DNA of 64,000 bases from contig JBCCHT010000047.1 in the NCBI GenBank assembly GCA_039028615.1, forward strand, positions 1 through 64,000. Direction: 5' to 3'. Below the pieces are notes generated by a model. It saw only the letters and a program-made list of their open reading frames with translations. It searched no databases and was not told the origin of the DNA. The DNA comes from Myxococcota bacterium. Lineage in GTDB: Bacteria; Myxococcota_A; Polyangia; Nannocystales; Nannocystaceae. The first letter of the stretch is position 1, and every line of letters starts with the position of its first letter. The position numbers and the translations under genes were made by a program. Positions 1 to 8,918 of the stretch are shown in pieces.

Positions 1-129
1 ACGGCGCGCCTTGGTCTACGTTTTGTGGTGGCGGGGCGCTGGTGCCGTGGCTCGGAGTCCCCCATTACGGGCGCGGCCGCCCCCCCGCCGGCCGCGCACC
101 GTTCGTTCCCGGGTACGATGCGCCCCGTC

Positions 130-1314
130 ATGAACTTGCCGCACTCGAGGTCGGGCCGTGTCGCGATCGGTTGCTTCGTCGCTCTGTGCGGATGCTCGCC
201 CGTGCCCTCCGAGGTCCAGGACACCGAAAGCGGCGCGTCGACGGGGCCGAGCCTGGGAAGCACGGCGGGACCATCCGTGTCGCCCTCGACGTCGACCTCG
301 TCCACCGGACCGTCGCCGGGCGAATCGGGCGAGGGGAGCACGACGAACTCGGGCACGACCTCGGTCGCCGATTCCACCACGACCGGCTCCGACTCGAGCT
401 CGTCATCCGAATCGAGCACGGGACCCGCGGTGGCATGCGACAACCGGATCCTGGACGGGGACGAGAGCGACATCGATTGCGGCGGCTCCACGTGTCCACA
501 GTGCGACGAGGGGGCTGCGTGTATGGACGACGGCGATTGCCGCTCGGTCCTGTGCGATGCCAACGCGGGGCTGTGCGTCGGCCCGCCGACGCTGCTGTGG
601 CTCGACGGTGAAGACTCGCCGGGCATGTTCGTGGATCAAGCCTGCTCGATGCCCGTGGCGTCCGACAACGACCCCGTTCGCTGTTGGCGAAGCCGTGGAA
701 CGCACGACGTGGACTTCACCGCCATCAGCGGTGAAGGGCGCTACGAGGCAGATGGCGGGGTGCAGCTGGACGGTGACCTGTTCGTGGCCAGCTCGGTATT
801 CGGCGGCGTACTCGACGAGGTCGCGGTGTTCCTGGTCGCCACCGAGGTCTCGGGCACCAACTCGTACGACCTCAACCTCAACCATGCCAACTACTCCGAT
901 GGCGGTCGCTATAGCTGTCACCTGCCGTGGAACGGCACGCGGACGTTGATCTGGGATCCGGGCAATTCGTTCACGGCCAGGGTCGAGAGCGGTCCCGACG
1001 TTGTGGAGGTGGGGGAAACCCATATCTACGAGCTGGTGAACTCGGCCGCGCTGGATGTGCGCCGGGTTCGGGTGGACGGAGGTGTCGTGGCCGAGGTCGC
1101 CGGAGCGAACCCCGGTTCGGCCAGCAACGTATCGCTGGGCTCGGATGCCAACATTCACGTGTTTGATTTTCGGGTGACTGAGAGTGCCCCCGACAACGCG
1201 CAGCGACAGGTGATCGAGGGCGACCTCGCGTGCCGTTGGAACTTGCGCAGCCAGCTCGACCCTTCGCATCCGTACTACTCGGCGAACGACGTCGACGACA
1301 CCGGGTGTCCGTAG
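130..1314 (+). CDS. Lipoprotein with Ser/Thr-rich linker, Cys-rich myxobacterial repeat and C-terminal beta-sandwich (LamG/concanavalin-like) domain
   Basis: ATG at 130 (MNLPHSR...VALCGC lipobox-like); S/T/G linker; CDNRILDGDESDIDCGGSTCPQC Cys-rich motif; LLWLDG...VRCWRS start typical of LamG-like secreted domains. Confidence 0.7.
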   Translation: MNLPHSRSGRVAIGCFVALCGCSPVPSEVQDTESGASTGPSLGSTAGPSVSPSTSTSSTGPSPGESGEGSTTNSGTTSVADSTTTGSDSSSSSESSTGPAVACDNRILDGDESDIDCGGSTCPQCDEGAACMDDGDCRSVLCDANAGLCVGPPTLLWLDGEDSPGMFVDQACSMPVASDNDPVRCWRSRGTHDVDFTAISGEGRYEADGGVQLDGDLFVASSVFGGVLDEVAVFLVATEVSGTNSYDLNLNHANYSDGGRYSCHLPWNGTRTLIWDPGNSFTARVESGPDVVEVGETHIYELVNSAALDVRRVRVDGGVVAEVAGANPGSASNVSLGSDANIHVFDFRVTESAPDNAQRQVIEGDLACRWNLRSQLDPSHPYYSANDVDDTGCP

Positions 1315-1353
1315 GGGCCGCGAACGGCTTTCGGTAGCGCTCGGCTCGGGTGA

Positions 1354-1794
1354 ACCGAATCGGGAGTCATTGCGCCGCAGGGCCCACGCGGCGATCGGCT
1401 GCTGACCGCGATCGAGGCTGACGTCACGTCGGGGCGCTTGGCCGACGATGCCGCCACCGCGCTCCGCCGGGCGCACCTGTGGATGCAACGCGAAGACCTC
1501 GCGTCGTACGTACTGCTGGGCGACCCGGCGGCTCGCCTACCGCTTCGCGATCCGGGCTCGCCGCGTGCGACCGTTCCGAGCCCGAAGCCCGCGAGGCGGG
1601 CGGTCTCCGTCGCCGAGCCGGTCGCGTTGCCGCTGCCCATCGACGACCTCGAGTGTGCGATCGGGGCGATGATGCTCGGCGACGACAGCCTCAAGACCAT
1701 CGCGACGCGCTACGGCCTCGAGCGAGCCGAGCTCCGAGCCCTCTACGAGCGGTACTGCGAAGGGGGACGCGCCGCGCTGGGCGTCGAGGACGAC
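1354..1794 (+). pseudogene. 5'-truncated remnant resembling the C-terminus of a C25 (gingipain-like) peptidase family protein plus a helix-turn-helix
   Basis: Frame reads ...AHLWMQREDLASYVLLGDPAARLP... then SLKTIATRYGLERAELRALYERYCEGGRAALG; in-frame TGA at 1351-1353 immediately upstream; no N-terminal domain. Confidence 0.45.
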
Positions 1795-1907
1795 CGACCG
1801 TCGCGGACCTCGGCCCGACTGGCTCGCAAGCACCCGGGATCGTTCCCGATTCGCGAAACACCACCGGGCCGACCCCGGGCCCGCCGACCTGCGATAGCGT
1901 ACGCGCG

Positions 1908-2213
1908 ATGCCGCAGAAGCACACCCTGCTCCTGGAGACGGAGATCCTGGCCAAGCTCGCCGCGCTGCCGGAGTGGACGGTGGCCGACGGCAAGCTGCAC
2001 CGCAAGTACCAGTTCGCCGACTTCGTCACCGCCGTCGCCTTCATGACGCAGGTGGCCTTCGACGCCGAGCGCCTGGGGCATCACCCGAATTGGAGCAACG
2101 TCTACAATCGGGTCGAGGTCCAGCTGTGGACCCACGACGCCGGAGGCCTGACCGGGTTGGACATCCTGCTGGCCGAGGCGATGGAGTCTCGGGCGACGTC
2201 GCTCGGCGGCTGA
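1908..2213 (+). CDS. phhB: Pterin-4-alpha-carbinolamine dehydratase
   Basis: LHRKYQFADF...AERLGHHPNWSNVYNRVEVQLWTHDAGGLTGLD is the PCD family signature; ATG at 1908. Confidence 0.92.
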   Translation: MPQKHTLLLETEILAKLAALPEWTVADGKLHRKYQFADFVTAVAFMTQVAFDAERLGHHPNWSNVYNRVEVQLWTHDAGGLTGLDILLAEAMESRATSLGG

Positions 2214-2216
2214 ACC

Positions 2217-2254
2217 AAAGCAAAGGCCCGCATCCCCGAAGGGTGATGCGGGCC
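2217..2254 (-). terminator. Intrinsic terminator between convergent genes
   Basis: GGCCCGCATC-CCCGAAGGGT-GATGCGGGCC stem-loop at 2225-2254 followed by TTTGCTTT on the minus strand. Confidence 0.7.
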
Positions 2255-2283
2255 GGTAGCGCGTCGCCGCGAGGGCGGGTCGG

Positions 2284-4287
2284 CTACTTCTTCTCCGCCG
2301 GGAGGCTGGCGAGGATGCGCTTGAACTCCGGGTGATCGGGCATCATCTGGAGCGCGGCGGTGCAGACCTGCCGGGCCTCGCCGAACATGTTGGCGTCGCG
2401 CATGCACGAGGCCAGGGCCACCACCGGCTCGACGGCGCGGGGGTTGAGGGCCACGACCACGCGCAGGTGCTCGACGGCGTCGCGGGGGCGGCCTTGCTTG
2501 CGGTGGATGGCGGCGATGAGGTTGCGAATCTCGACGTCGTTGGGCCGCAGCTTCACCGCGTTGTTGAGGTGGGCGAGGGCGGCACCCTCACCCTCGGGCT
2601 CGCGCACGGCCAGCGCCAGCATCATGTGCGGCTGCCAGAACTTCTCGTCCTTGGCGATGATCTCGCGCAGGAACTTGGCCGCGTTGGCTTGCTGGGCGGT
2701 CTCACCCGAGCGCACCTGCTCGATGGCCTCGTCGTACTTCTCGTCGAAGTCCTCGATGTCGAGGGTCAGCCGCCCGCGGCGAGCGAAGGCGTCGTCGTCG
2801 AGGCTGCGGCGGGGCAGGGTGAGGAGCTTGTCGAGGTACTCGCCGGCCTTGGCCGGGTCGTCGCCGTCGAGATACATGGTGGCCACGTAGCGGAGCACGG
2901 TGGCGTTTTCGGGGTGCTTCTTGGCCGCCTCGAGCAGAAGCATGGTGGCTTCTTCGCTCTTCTCCTCCTCGTGGAGGTCGAGCAGCATGTCGAGCGCGCT
3001 CTTGCCCAGCTTGGACTCGGTGACGGCGGTGCGAAGCAGGCTCATGGCCTCCTCGCGGTCCTCTTTGCCCTGGTCGTCGTCGTCGCTGGCCCGGTCCCAC
3101 AGCACGTTGGCGAGGTCGCCGTAGGCGGAGGGCACCTGGCCCTCGTCGACGGCGCGGCGCAGGAAGGGCTCGGCCTCGTCGAACTTGTCGTCCTCGATCA
3201 TCAGGGCGCCCAAGTGCGCCATCAGGCCCGGGTGCTCGTTGCCGTTCTCGGCCGCGAACTGGGCGACCTTGAGGGCGTTGGCGTTGTCACCCGCGCCGCG
3301 CAGGGTCTGCACGAACTGGTTGGTGACGGTGGCGTTGGTGGGGTCGAGGTTGAAGGCCTGATTGAAGGCCTGCACCGAGGAGCCCAGGTCGCCCAGCTGA
3401 CGGAACAGGGTGGCCAGGTGGTGGAAGAGCCCCTGGTCGTCCTTGCGCTTTTGGGCGGCGAGGTTGAGCGCCTGCAGGCACAGCGGGATGGCGCTCTGAT
3501 CGGTGGGGTTGCGGACCAGGATGTCGACCATCAGGTGCAGGCCCTGCACCGCCGGGTCCATCTTGGCGTCGCGGTTGATCGCGTCCATGAAGGGCGACAG
3601 GAGCTGCTCGGCCGTGGTCGGCACGCAGCGGCCCTGGAGCGCGCTGAGGTTGCCCAGGCCCACGAGGAACGAGATGAGCGCCTGGTGGTCGGAAGTCCCG
3701 AAGGCCTCCTGCCAGCTGTCGTGATCGATCTGGATGTCGTCGCGCGCGGCGAGCTTGCCCAGCACCTCGAAGAGGTTCCCGGGCATCTCCTGCGTGTTGC
3801 CTTCCCACGACAGCGTATCGAGCTCGACGAGCGCGTCGTCCTCACCCAGCTCGACCAGGCGAGCCTCGTAGGACATGACGTCGTCGTCCACCTTCATGTT
3901 GGTGATGAGCCCGCGCTTGGCGTTGGGGAAGCGCTTGATGCCCTCGAGCGCGCGCTCCTCCGTCCACGGCTCGCGGAACACCATGAGCGCCGGAACCTTG
4001 CGGCCGTTTTGCTCGGCCATGGCGGTGAACACCGGGGCGGCTGCCTTCGCGCCACGCGACGCCAGCTCTTGCGCCCACCAACGCTGCACGCCCATCGCGA
4101 GCGGAGCCCCCTTGCCTTCGTTCGTGCAGGCGATCGGGAGGATCACGAACTCGATCGACTGAGCGGCCTGTGCGCCCTCGGCCTCGGCGGCCTCCTCATC
4201 GTCGTCGTCGAACATCTCGTCGCCCTCGCCGGCGTCGAGGAGCGCCTCGGTCTCCTCTTCGGGGGGATTTTGCTCTTCACCTGCCAT
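2284..4287 (-). CDS. Tetratricopeptide-repeat protein with acidic N-terminus
   Basis: Repeated TPR-like helices (LATLFRQLGDLGSSVQAFNQAFNLDP; LNNAVKLRPNDVE; ALQMMPDHPE); likely start MAGEEQ at 4287. Confidence 0.85.
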   Translation of the reverse strand: MAGEEQNPPEEETEALLDAGEGDEMFDDDDEEAAEAEGAQAAQSIEFVILPIACTNEGKGAPLAMGVQRWWAQELASRGAKAAAPVFTAMAEQNGRKVPALMVFREPWTEERALEGIKRFPNAKRGLITNMKVDDDVMSYEARLVELGEDDALVELDTLSWEGNTQEMPGNLFEVLGKLAARDDIQIDHDSWQEAFGTSDHQALISFLVGLGNLSALQGRCVPTTAEQLLSPFMDAINRDAKMDPAVQGLHLMVDILVRNPTDQSAIPLCLQALNLAAQKRKDDQGLFHHLATLFRQLGDLGSSVQAFNQAFNLDPTNATVTNQFVQTLRGAGDNANALKVAQFAAENGNEHPGLMAHLGALMIEDDKFDEAEPFLRRAVDEGQVPSAYGDLANVLWDRASDDDDQGKEDREEAMSLLRTAVTESKLGKSALDMLLDLHEEEKSEEATMLLLEAAKKHPENATVLRYVATMYLDGDDPAKAGEYLDKLLTLPRRSLDDDAFARRGRLTLDIEDFDEKYDEAIEQVRSGETAQQANAAKFLREIIAKDEKFWQPHMMLALAVREPEGEGAALAHLNNAVKLRPNDVEIRNLIAAIHRKQGRPRDAVEHLRVVVALNPRAVEPVVALASCMRDANMFGEARQVCTAALQMMPDHPEFKRILASLPAEKK

Positions 4288-4388
4288 GGAGGGCGAAGCC
4301 TGCCCCATGCGGAAAAGCGGCGCAAGGCGGTCGGCAGGGGCCAGCGGAAGCCTGGGCTGGTACCGTTGGGCGGAGCAGCCCCACGCCG

Positions 4389-5873
4389 ATGAAGCGGCCG
4401 CGAGGACATAGCGCGAGCTACGCGCGGGCATGTGCGCTGGCGCTCGGTCTCAGCACCGCGGCGGCCTGCGGCGAGCCCAGTGTCGACGTCGTGGTCGTGT
4501 GGGTGGACGGGGTGGCCAACGACGCCGGTCGCGTGCCCGTGAGGATCTACGACGCGGGCGAGCGTCAGACCCTCGAGATCGACCCGGACATCCCCGGGGC
4601 CAACGCCGACCTGCTGTCCGTGGGCATCGACAACCGGGCGCGGGGGATCGGCCTGTCCGAAGACAGCACCAACGTCTGGGTCGAGCGCGGCTCTGGTCGC
4701 ACGGTGGTCACCAACGTCGCCGACGCGGGAGCGGGCGCGGTGGCCAGCGGTTTTTGGTTCGCCCGCGGCGGCGATGCCACGCTCCGCCGCTTCGAGCTCG
4801 AAGACGAAGCGGCGCCGCTGTGGTTCGTGGCCCCGCTGTCCGGCCCCGAAGGCCTGCAGGTCTACTCGCTCCGACCGCCGCGGCCGGCGACCTCGACCCT
4901 GCGCTGGGCGATCCGCGAGGCCGAAGACGCACCGGTCGTGGTGCTCGCCGAGGTCGGCGGGGCGCGGCCGTCGATTCAGGGCGAGGTGGTGGCCGTCGCG
5001 TATCCCAGCGACTTCGGCGAGGGCCCCGTCGTGGATCAGTTGCAGCCGCTGGCGCGCGGCTTCTTCGTCGGGCGAGGGATCGCCAACGACAGCAGCAGCT
5101 ACATCACGCCCCCGGCCTGCCCCGAGCGGGCCTGCCTGTCGCCCAGCGGGCGCTGGCTCTACGGCATGGACCCCGACGGCGGCTGCCAGCTGCTGCGCTG
5201 GACGTGGACGACGGCCGAGTCCGAGGACGAGCAGGTGCCCGTCGAAGAGCTCGACCTCGCATGCCCCGGCACGGACATCGCCGTGCTCGCGGCCGTGCTC
5301 GGCGACGACGTGGTGGTCTGGGACGATCCCCTTCGCCTGTATCTCGTCGACCTCGCGGCGGGTCGTGTGCAGTCGGTGGTCAAACCGCGTGGGCCTCTAC
5401 GGAGCTACCTCGTCGATCGCGGGCGCGGGCTCGTGGTCGTGTCGGAGGCCGGGGAGGTCGTGCACATCGACGTCGAGCAAGCCCGGGTGATCAACGCGGT
5501 GCAGCTGCCCTGTACACCCGCGCACGACGTGGTGGTGAGTCCCAACGGCAACTGGATGGTGCGGACCTGCAACGGCCAGGCCGGGGCCCCCGATGGGCTC
5601 GATGGGCAGGTGCAGCGTGTCTCGGTGTTGGGCACGGAGCTGTACTCGGGCATCCCGATGATCCCGATCGCGGTGGACGACGATGGCAACGCGCTGCTTT
5701 TCAGCGTGTCCTCGGGGGACGAAGAGGCGGTGCCGCGGGGGTTGTTCGTGCTGTCGGGCAACGGCGACCTGACGCGGGTCGACGACCTGGAGCCGTTCCC
5801 CGCGCGGGTGAGCCTGCCCGGGCCCGATGGGCAAACTCTGCCGGGTCGCTTCGCGGTCGCTGGACCGGCGTGA
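4389..5873 (+). CDS. Hypothetical lipoprotein, probably beta-propeller-like
   Basis: MKRPRGHS...LGLSTAAAC lipobox; beta-rich segments with SPSGRW and SPNGNW turns. Confidence 0.7.
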   Translation: MKRPRGHSASYARACALALGLSTAAACGEPSVDVVVVWVDGVANDAGRVPVRIYDAGERQTLEIDPDIPGANADLLSVGIDNRARGIGLSEDSTNVWVERGSGRTVVTNVADAGAGAVASGFWFARGGDATLRRFELEDEAAPLWFVAPLSGPEGLQVYSLRPPRPATSTLRWAIREAEDAPVVVLAEVGGARPSIQGEVVAVAYPSDFGEGPVVDQLQPLARGFFVGRGIANDSSSYITPPACPERACLSPSGRWLYGMDPDGGCQLLRWTWTTAESEDEQVPVEELDLACPGTDIAVLAAVLGDDVVVWDDPLRLYLVDLAAGRVQSVVKPRGPLRSYLVDRGRGLVVVSEAGEVVHIDVEQARVINAVQLPCTPAHDVVVSPNGNWMVRTCNGQAGAPDGLDGQVQRVSVLGTELYSGIPMIPIAVDDDGNALLFSVSSGDEEAVPRGLFVLSGNGDLTRVDDLEPFPARVSLPGPDGQTLPGRFAVAGPA

Positions 5874-5915
5874 CGGTTTGCCCCGTATGTCGGGACGGCG
5901 GAGAGCCGAGCGCCG

Positions 5916-8762
5916 TCAGCAGGAATGCTCGGCGAGCCACGCTTCGACCTCTTGCCGGGCCTTCTCGTTCGTTGGGCCGAGCGCCGCATAGGCATCACGC
6001 GCCTGCTCGGCCAGACGTCGCGCGCGCTCGCATTGGGTCGGGTCGGGTCGTAGCGTCTGCGCAAGGATGAAACGAGCCGTGGCGAGGTCGGCGGGGGGCC
6101 CCTGTGCCGACTCTCGGAGCGACACGGCACGCTCGGCGTGGGCCCGCGCTGCCTCGAGCCGCCCTTCGGTCATGGAGATGTCGGCGATCCCCAACAGCGG
6201 CTGCGCCAGGTTGGGGTGCTCTTGGCCGAGCACCCGCTCCCATTGCGCGAGCCCCCGCTGGCAGTGGTCGAGCGCCTCCGCTTCTCGTTCCTGTGCGCGG
6301 AGGACCATGCAGATGTTGACCAGGGTCTCGCCCAGCTGCGGGTGATCGGGCCCCAGGTTCTCCTGCCGGATGATGAGGGCGCGTTGATGGTGGGCGAGCG
6401 CTTCCGGCAAGCGCTGTTGCTCCTGCAACACGGCGCCGATGTTGTTCAGCACCGACGCGACTCGGGGATGGTCACGCCCCTGGGTCTTTTCGGCGATCGC
6501 CAAGGTTCGTTCGAGGTGGGTCGCGGCCTCGTCGAACTCACCGAGCGCCCGGAGGGCCACCGCGATGTTGTTGAGGGAAGTCGCGACGTCGCTGTGATGG
6601 GGCCCGAGTGCGTGCTCCCGAATTGCCAGTGCCTGTCGATGGACCTCGAGCGCACGCATGTCGTCACCCTGGCTCGAGAACACCAGGCCCATGTTGTTCA
6701 GGGTGCTGGCCACCGCCGGGTGCCCGGCGCCGAGAGCCGCGCGCGAGACCTCCAACGCTCGGTGAAGGTGCTCGAGGCTCTCGGTGGGGCGCCCCTGCCG
6801 AAGGGTGACGATACCCAGGTTGTTCAGAGATGCACCGACGAGCGGATGCTCGGGACCCAGAGCCTCCTGCCGAAGCGCCAAGCTGCGTTCGAACTCGTCG
6901 AACGCAGCCGCGAGTCGGCCCTGGGATAGCTGTAGCGTGCCCAGCACGTTGAGTGCGTCCCCACGATCTCGAGGCGTGGTCGAGCGGGCGAGCGCCGTCT
7001 TGCCCCACTTGAGCCCCGCCTCGGCGTCTCCGCGGCGGTACCCAACCACGTGCGCGAGACCGAGAGCCGCTGCACGCTGCACCTCGTCGTGCCCGTGCTC
7101 CACCGCCCGAGCGTACGCTCCTTCGAGCCTTCGTTCGGCTTCGTCGTAGTCGCCTCGGTCGTTGAAGAGGCTCGCGGTACGGAGATCGGCCTCGAGCTGG
7201 ACCGGGGCATAGTCCACGGTCTCCGCTTCGGCCTGGATTCGCTGTGCGACCTCGAGGCCATCGTCGAATGCCCCGGCCTCCTCCAGCATGCGTGCGTGCT
7301 GCAACCTCGCCCGGAGCTGCTCCACTCGCTCGGCGTCGCCGGGGTTGTCGGGAGGTGGAAGCTCGGCCTCGAGTGCGTCGAGGTCGTCACACCGAGCCAA
7401 CCCGGGCAGAGTGGTCACGAGCCCGACCGCCTTGCTCACCCGGGTGGCATTCGCCTCGGCGAGGACATCCACCGCTGCTCGGAGGGCGCCCCGGCGATCC
7501 TGAAGGCACGCCATGCGCAGGTCCGTTGCTCGGGCCGACGGCCGATCGGTGACGAGCGTCGCTTCGCACACCTCCTGGTGTTTGGCGATCCACTGCCGTG
7601 CGTAGTCGTCGAGCCGCTGCTGGACTCGCGACCACGTCTGCGGTGCGTACCGAAGCTCGGTTCCGGCGATGGACGCTTCCACCACCTCGCGGCGTTCGTC
7701 GTCCCATATCCCGGCGAGCTTGTGCTCGCTGTCGCAGTTCACCTCGTGCTCGGTGGGCCACACCAAGACTGCACCGAGCGCGAGTACGCCGGCCCCCACG
7801 ACGAGCGCGCCAGGCCAGGTTCTTCGGCGTCGCGAGCTCAGTGTCCCGAGTTCGGTCAGCAGCGCCTCCATCGAGGGCCACCGTCGCCTCGGATCGACTT
7901 CCATGCCCCGCCAAAGCGCAGCGCGGAGTTCCTTGGGGACGGGGCAGTCCGCGGGCAGCGGTCGGATGTTTCGCGCGAGCATCGACCCCATCAGCTCGGC
8001 CATCGTGTTGCCCTCGAAGGGGCGAGCACCGCAGAGCGCTTCGTAGAGCGATACGCAGAAGCTGAACTGGTCACTGCGGGCGTCGACCTCGATCCCTTGC
8101 ATCTGCTCCGGCGGCATATAGGCCGGCGTGCCCTGCACCATGCCGGTTTCCGTGAGCGACGCGCCCAAGATGCCGGGGTCTCCGCCTGCCGACACGTCGA
8201 TGGGCTCGCTCGGAGCTTCTTCCTGCGTGCCCACGTGCCGGGCCAACCCGAAATCCAGCACCCGCACACGCCCCGACTCGTCGACCACGGCGTTGCTCGG
8301 CTTGAAGTCGCGATGCACGAGCCCGCGGGCGTGCACGGCCACGAGACCCTGGCCCGCGCTCACGTACACATCTACGCATTGGCGCCAACTCGGGCGTGGG
8401 TCCTGGTTGACCCACGCCCGCAGCGTGGAGCCCTGCACCAACTCCATGACGATATAGGCCTGGCCGTCGACGAGCCCCGTCTCATAGATCTCGACGACGT
8501 TGGGATGAGCGAGTGTCGCGAGCGCCTGGGCCTCACGGAGCATTCGACGGGTGTGCTCGACCCCGAGTCCGCCGTGGAGGACTTTGATCGCGACCCGTCG
8601 GTTCAGCGTCGTGTCGATGGCCTCAACCACGACGCCCATGCCGCCGCGCCCCAGCGGACCCTGGACGACGTAGCGTCGCAGAGAACCCAATACGTAGGGG
8701 AACTCGGCCGCGCTCGATTCCCCCGGATCGAGGCCGCGCGTCGGGAGGTCGTGATCCAGCAT
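5916..8762 (-). CDS. Ser/Thr protein kinase with transmembrane segment and C-terminal TPR repeats
   Basis: LGRGGMGVV, VAIK, HRDFKPSN, DFGLA, GTPAYMPPE; kinesin-light-chain-type TPRs (LGPEHPLVGASLNNLG); start uncertain (8762 or 8840). Confidence 0.92.
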   Translation of the reverse strand: MLDHDLPTRGLDPGESSAAEFPYVLGSLRRYVVQGPLGRGGMGVVVEAIDTTLNRRVAIKVLHGGLGVEHTRRMLREAQALATLAHPNVVEIYETGLVDGQAYIVMELVQGSTLRAWVNQDPRPSWRQCVDVYVSAGQGLVAVHARGLVHRDFKPSNAVVDESGRVRVLDFGLARHVGTQEEAPSEPIDVSAGGDPGILGASLTETGMVQGTPAYMPPEQMQGIEVDARSDQFSFCVSLYEALCGARPFEGNTMAELMGSMLARNIRPLPADCPVPKELRAALWRGMEVDPRRRWPSMEALLTELGTLSSRRRRTWPGALVVGAGVLALGAVLVWPTEHEVNCDSEHKLAGIWDDERREVVEASIAGTELRYAPQTWSRVQQRLDDYARQWIAKHQEVCEATLVTDRPSARATDLRMACLQDRRGALRAAVDVLAEANATRVSKAVGLVTTLPGLARCDDLDALEAELPPPDNPGDAERVEQLRARLQHARMLEEAGAFDDGLEVAQRIQAEAETVDYAPVQLEADLRTASLFNDRGDYDEAERRLEGAYARAVEHGHDEVQRAAALGLAHVVGYRRGDAEAGLKWGKTALARSTTPRDRGDALNVLGTLQLSQGRLAAAFDEFERSLALRQEALGPEHPLVGASLNNLGIVTLRQGRPTESLEHLHRALEVSRAALGAGHPAVASTLNNMGLVFSSQGDDMRALEVHRQALAIREHALGPHHSDVATSLNNIAVALRALGEFDEAATHLERTLAIAEKTQGRDHPRVASVLNNIGAVLQEQQRLPEALAHHQRALIIRQENLGPDHPQLGETLVNICMVLRAQEREAEALDHCQRGLAQWERVLGQEHPNLAQPLLGIADISMTEGRLEAARAHAERAVSLRESAQGPPADLATARFILAQTLRPDPTQCERARRLAEQARDAYAALGPTNEKARQEVEAWLAEHSC

Positions 8763-8918
8763 TCCCGTGAACGACCAGGGTATCGCACTGGGTCGGCGAC
8801 GTGGTTGGTGTTCGGAGCCTCGCGGCGTCGGTATTCGCAATCATCCGTCGCGTCGTAGGCAAAACCCGTAGCGCGAAGCATGACCTCGTGTGGGGGATTT
8901 CGATCGGCCGACCCGGGC

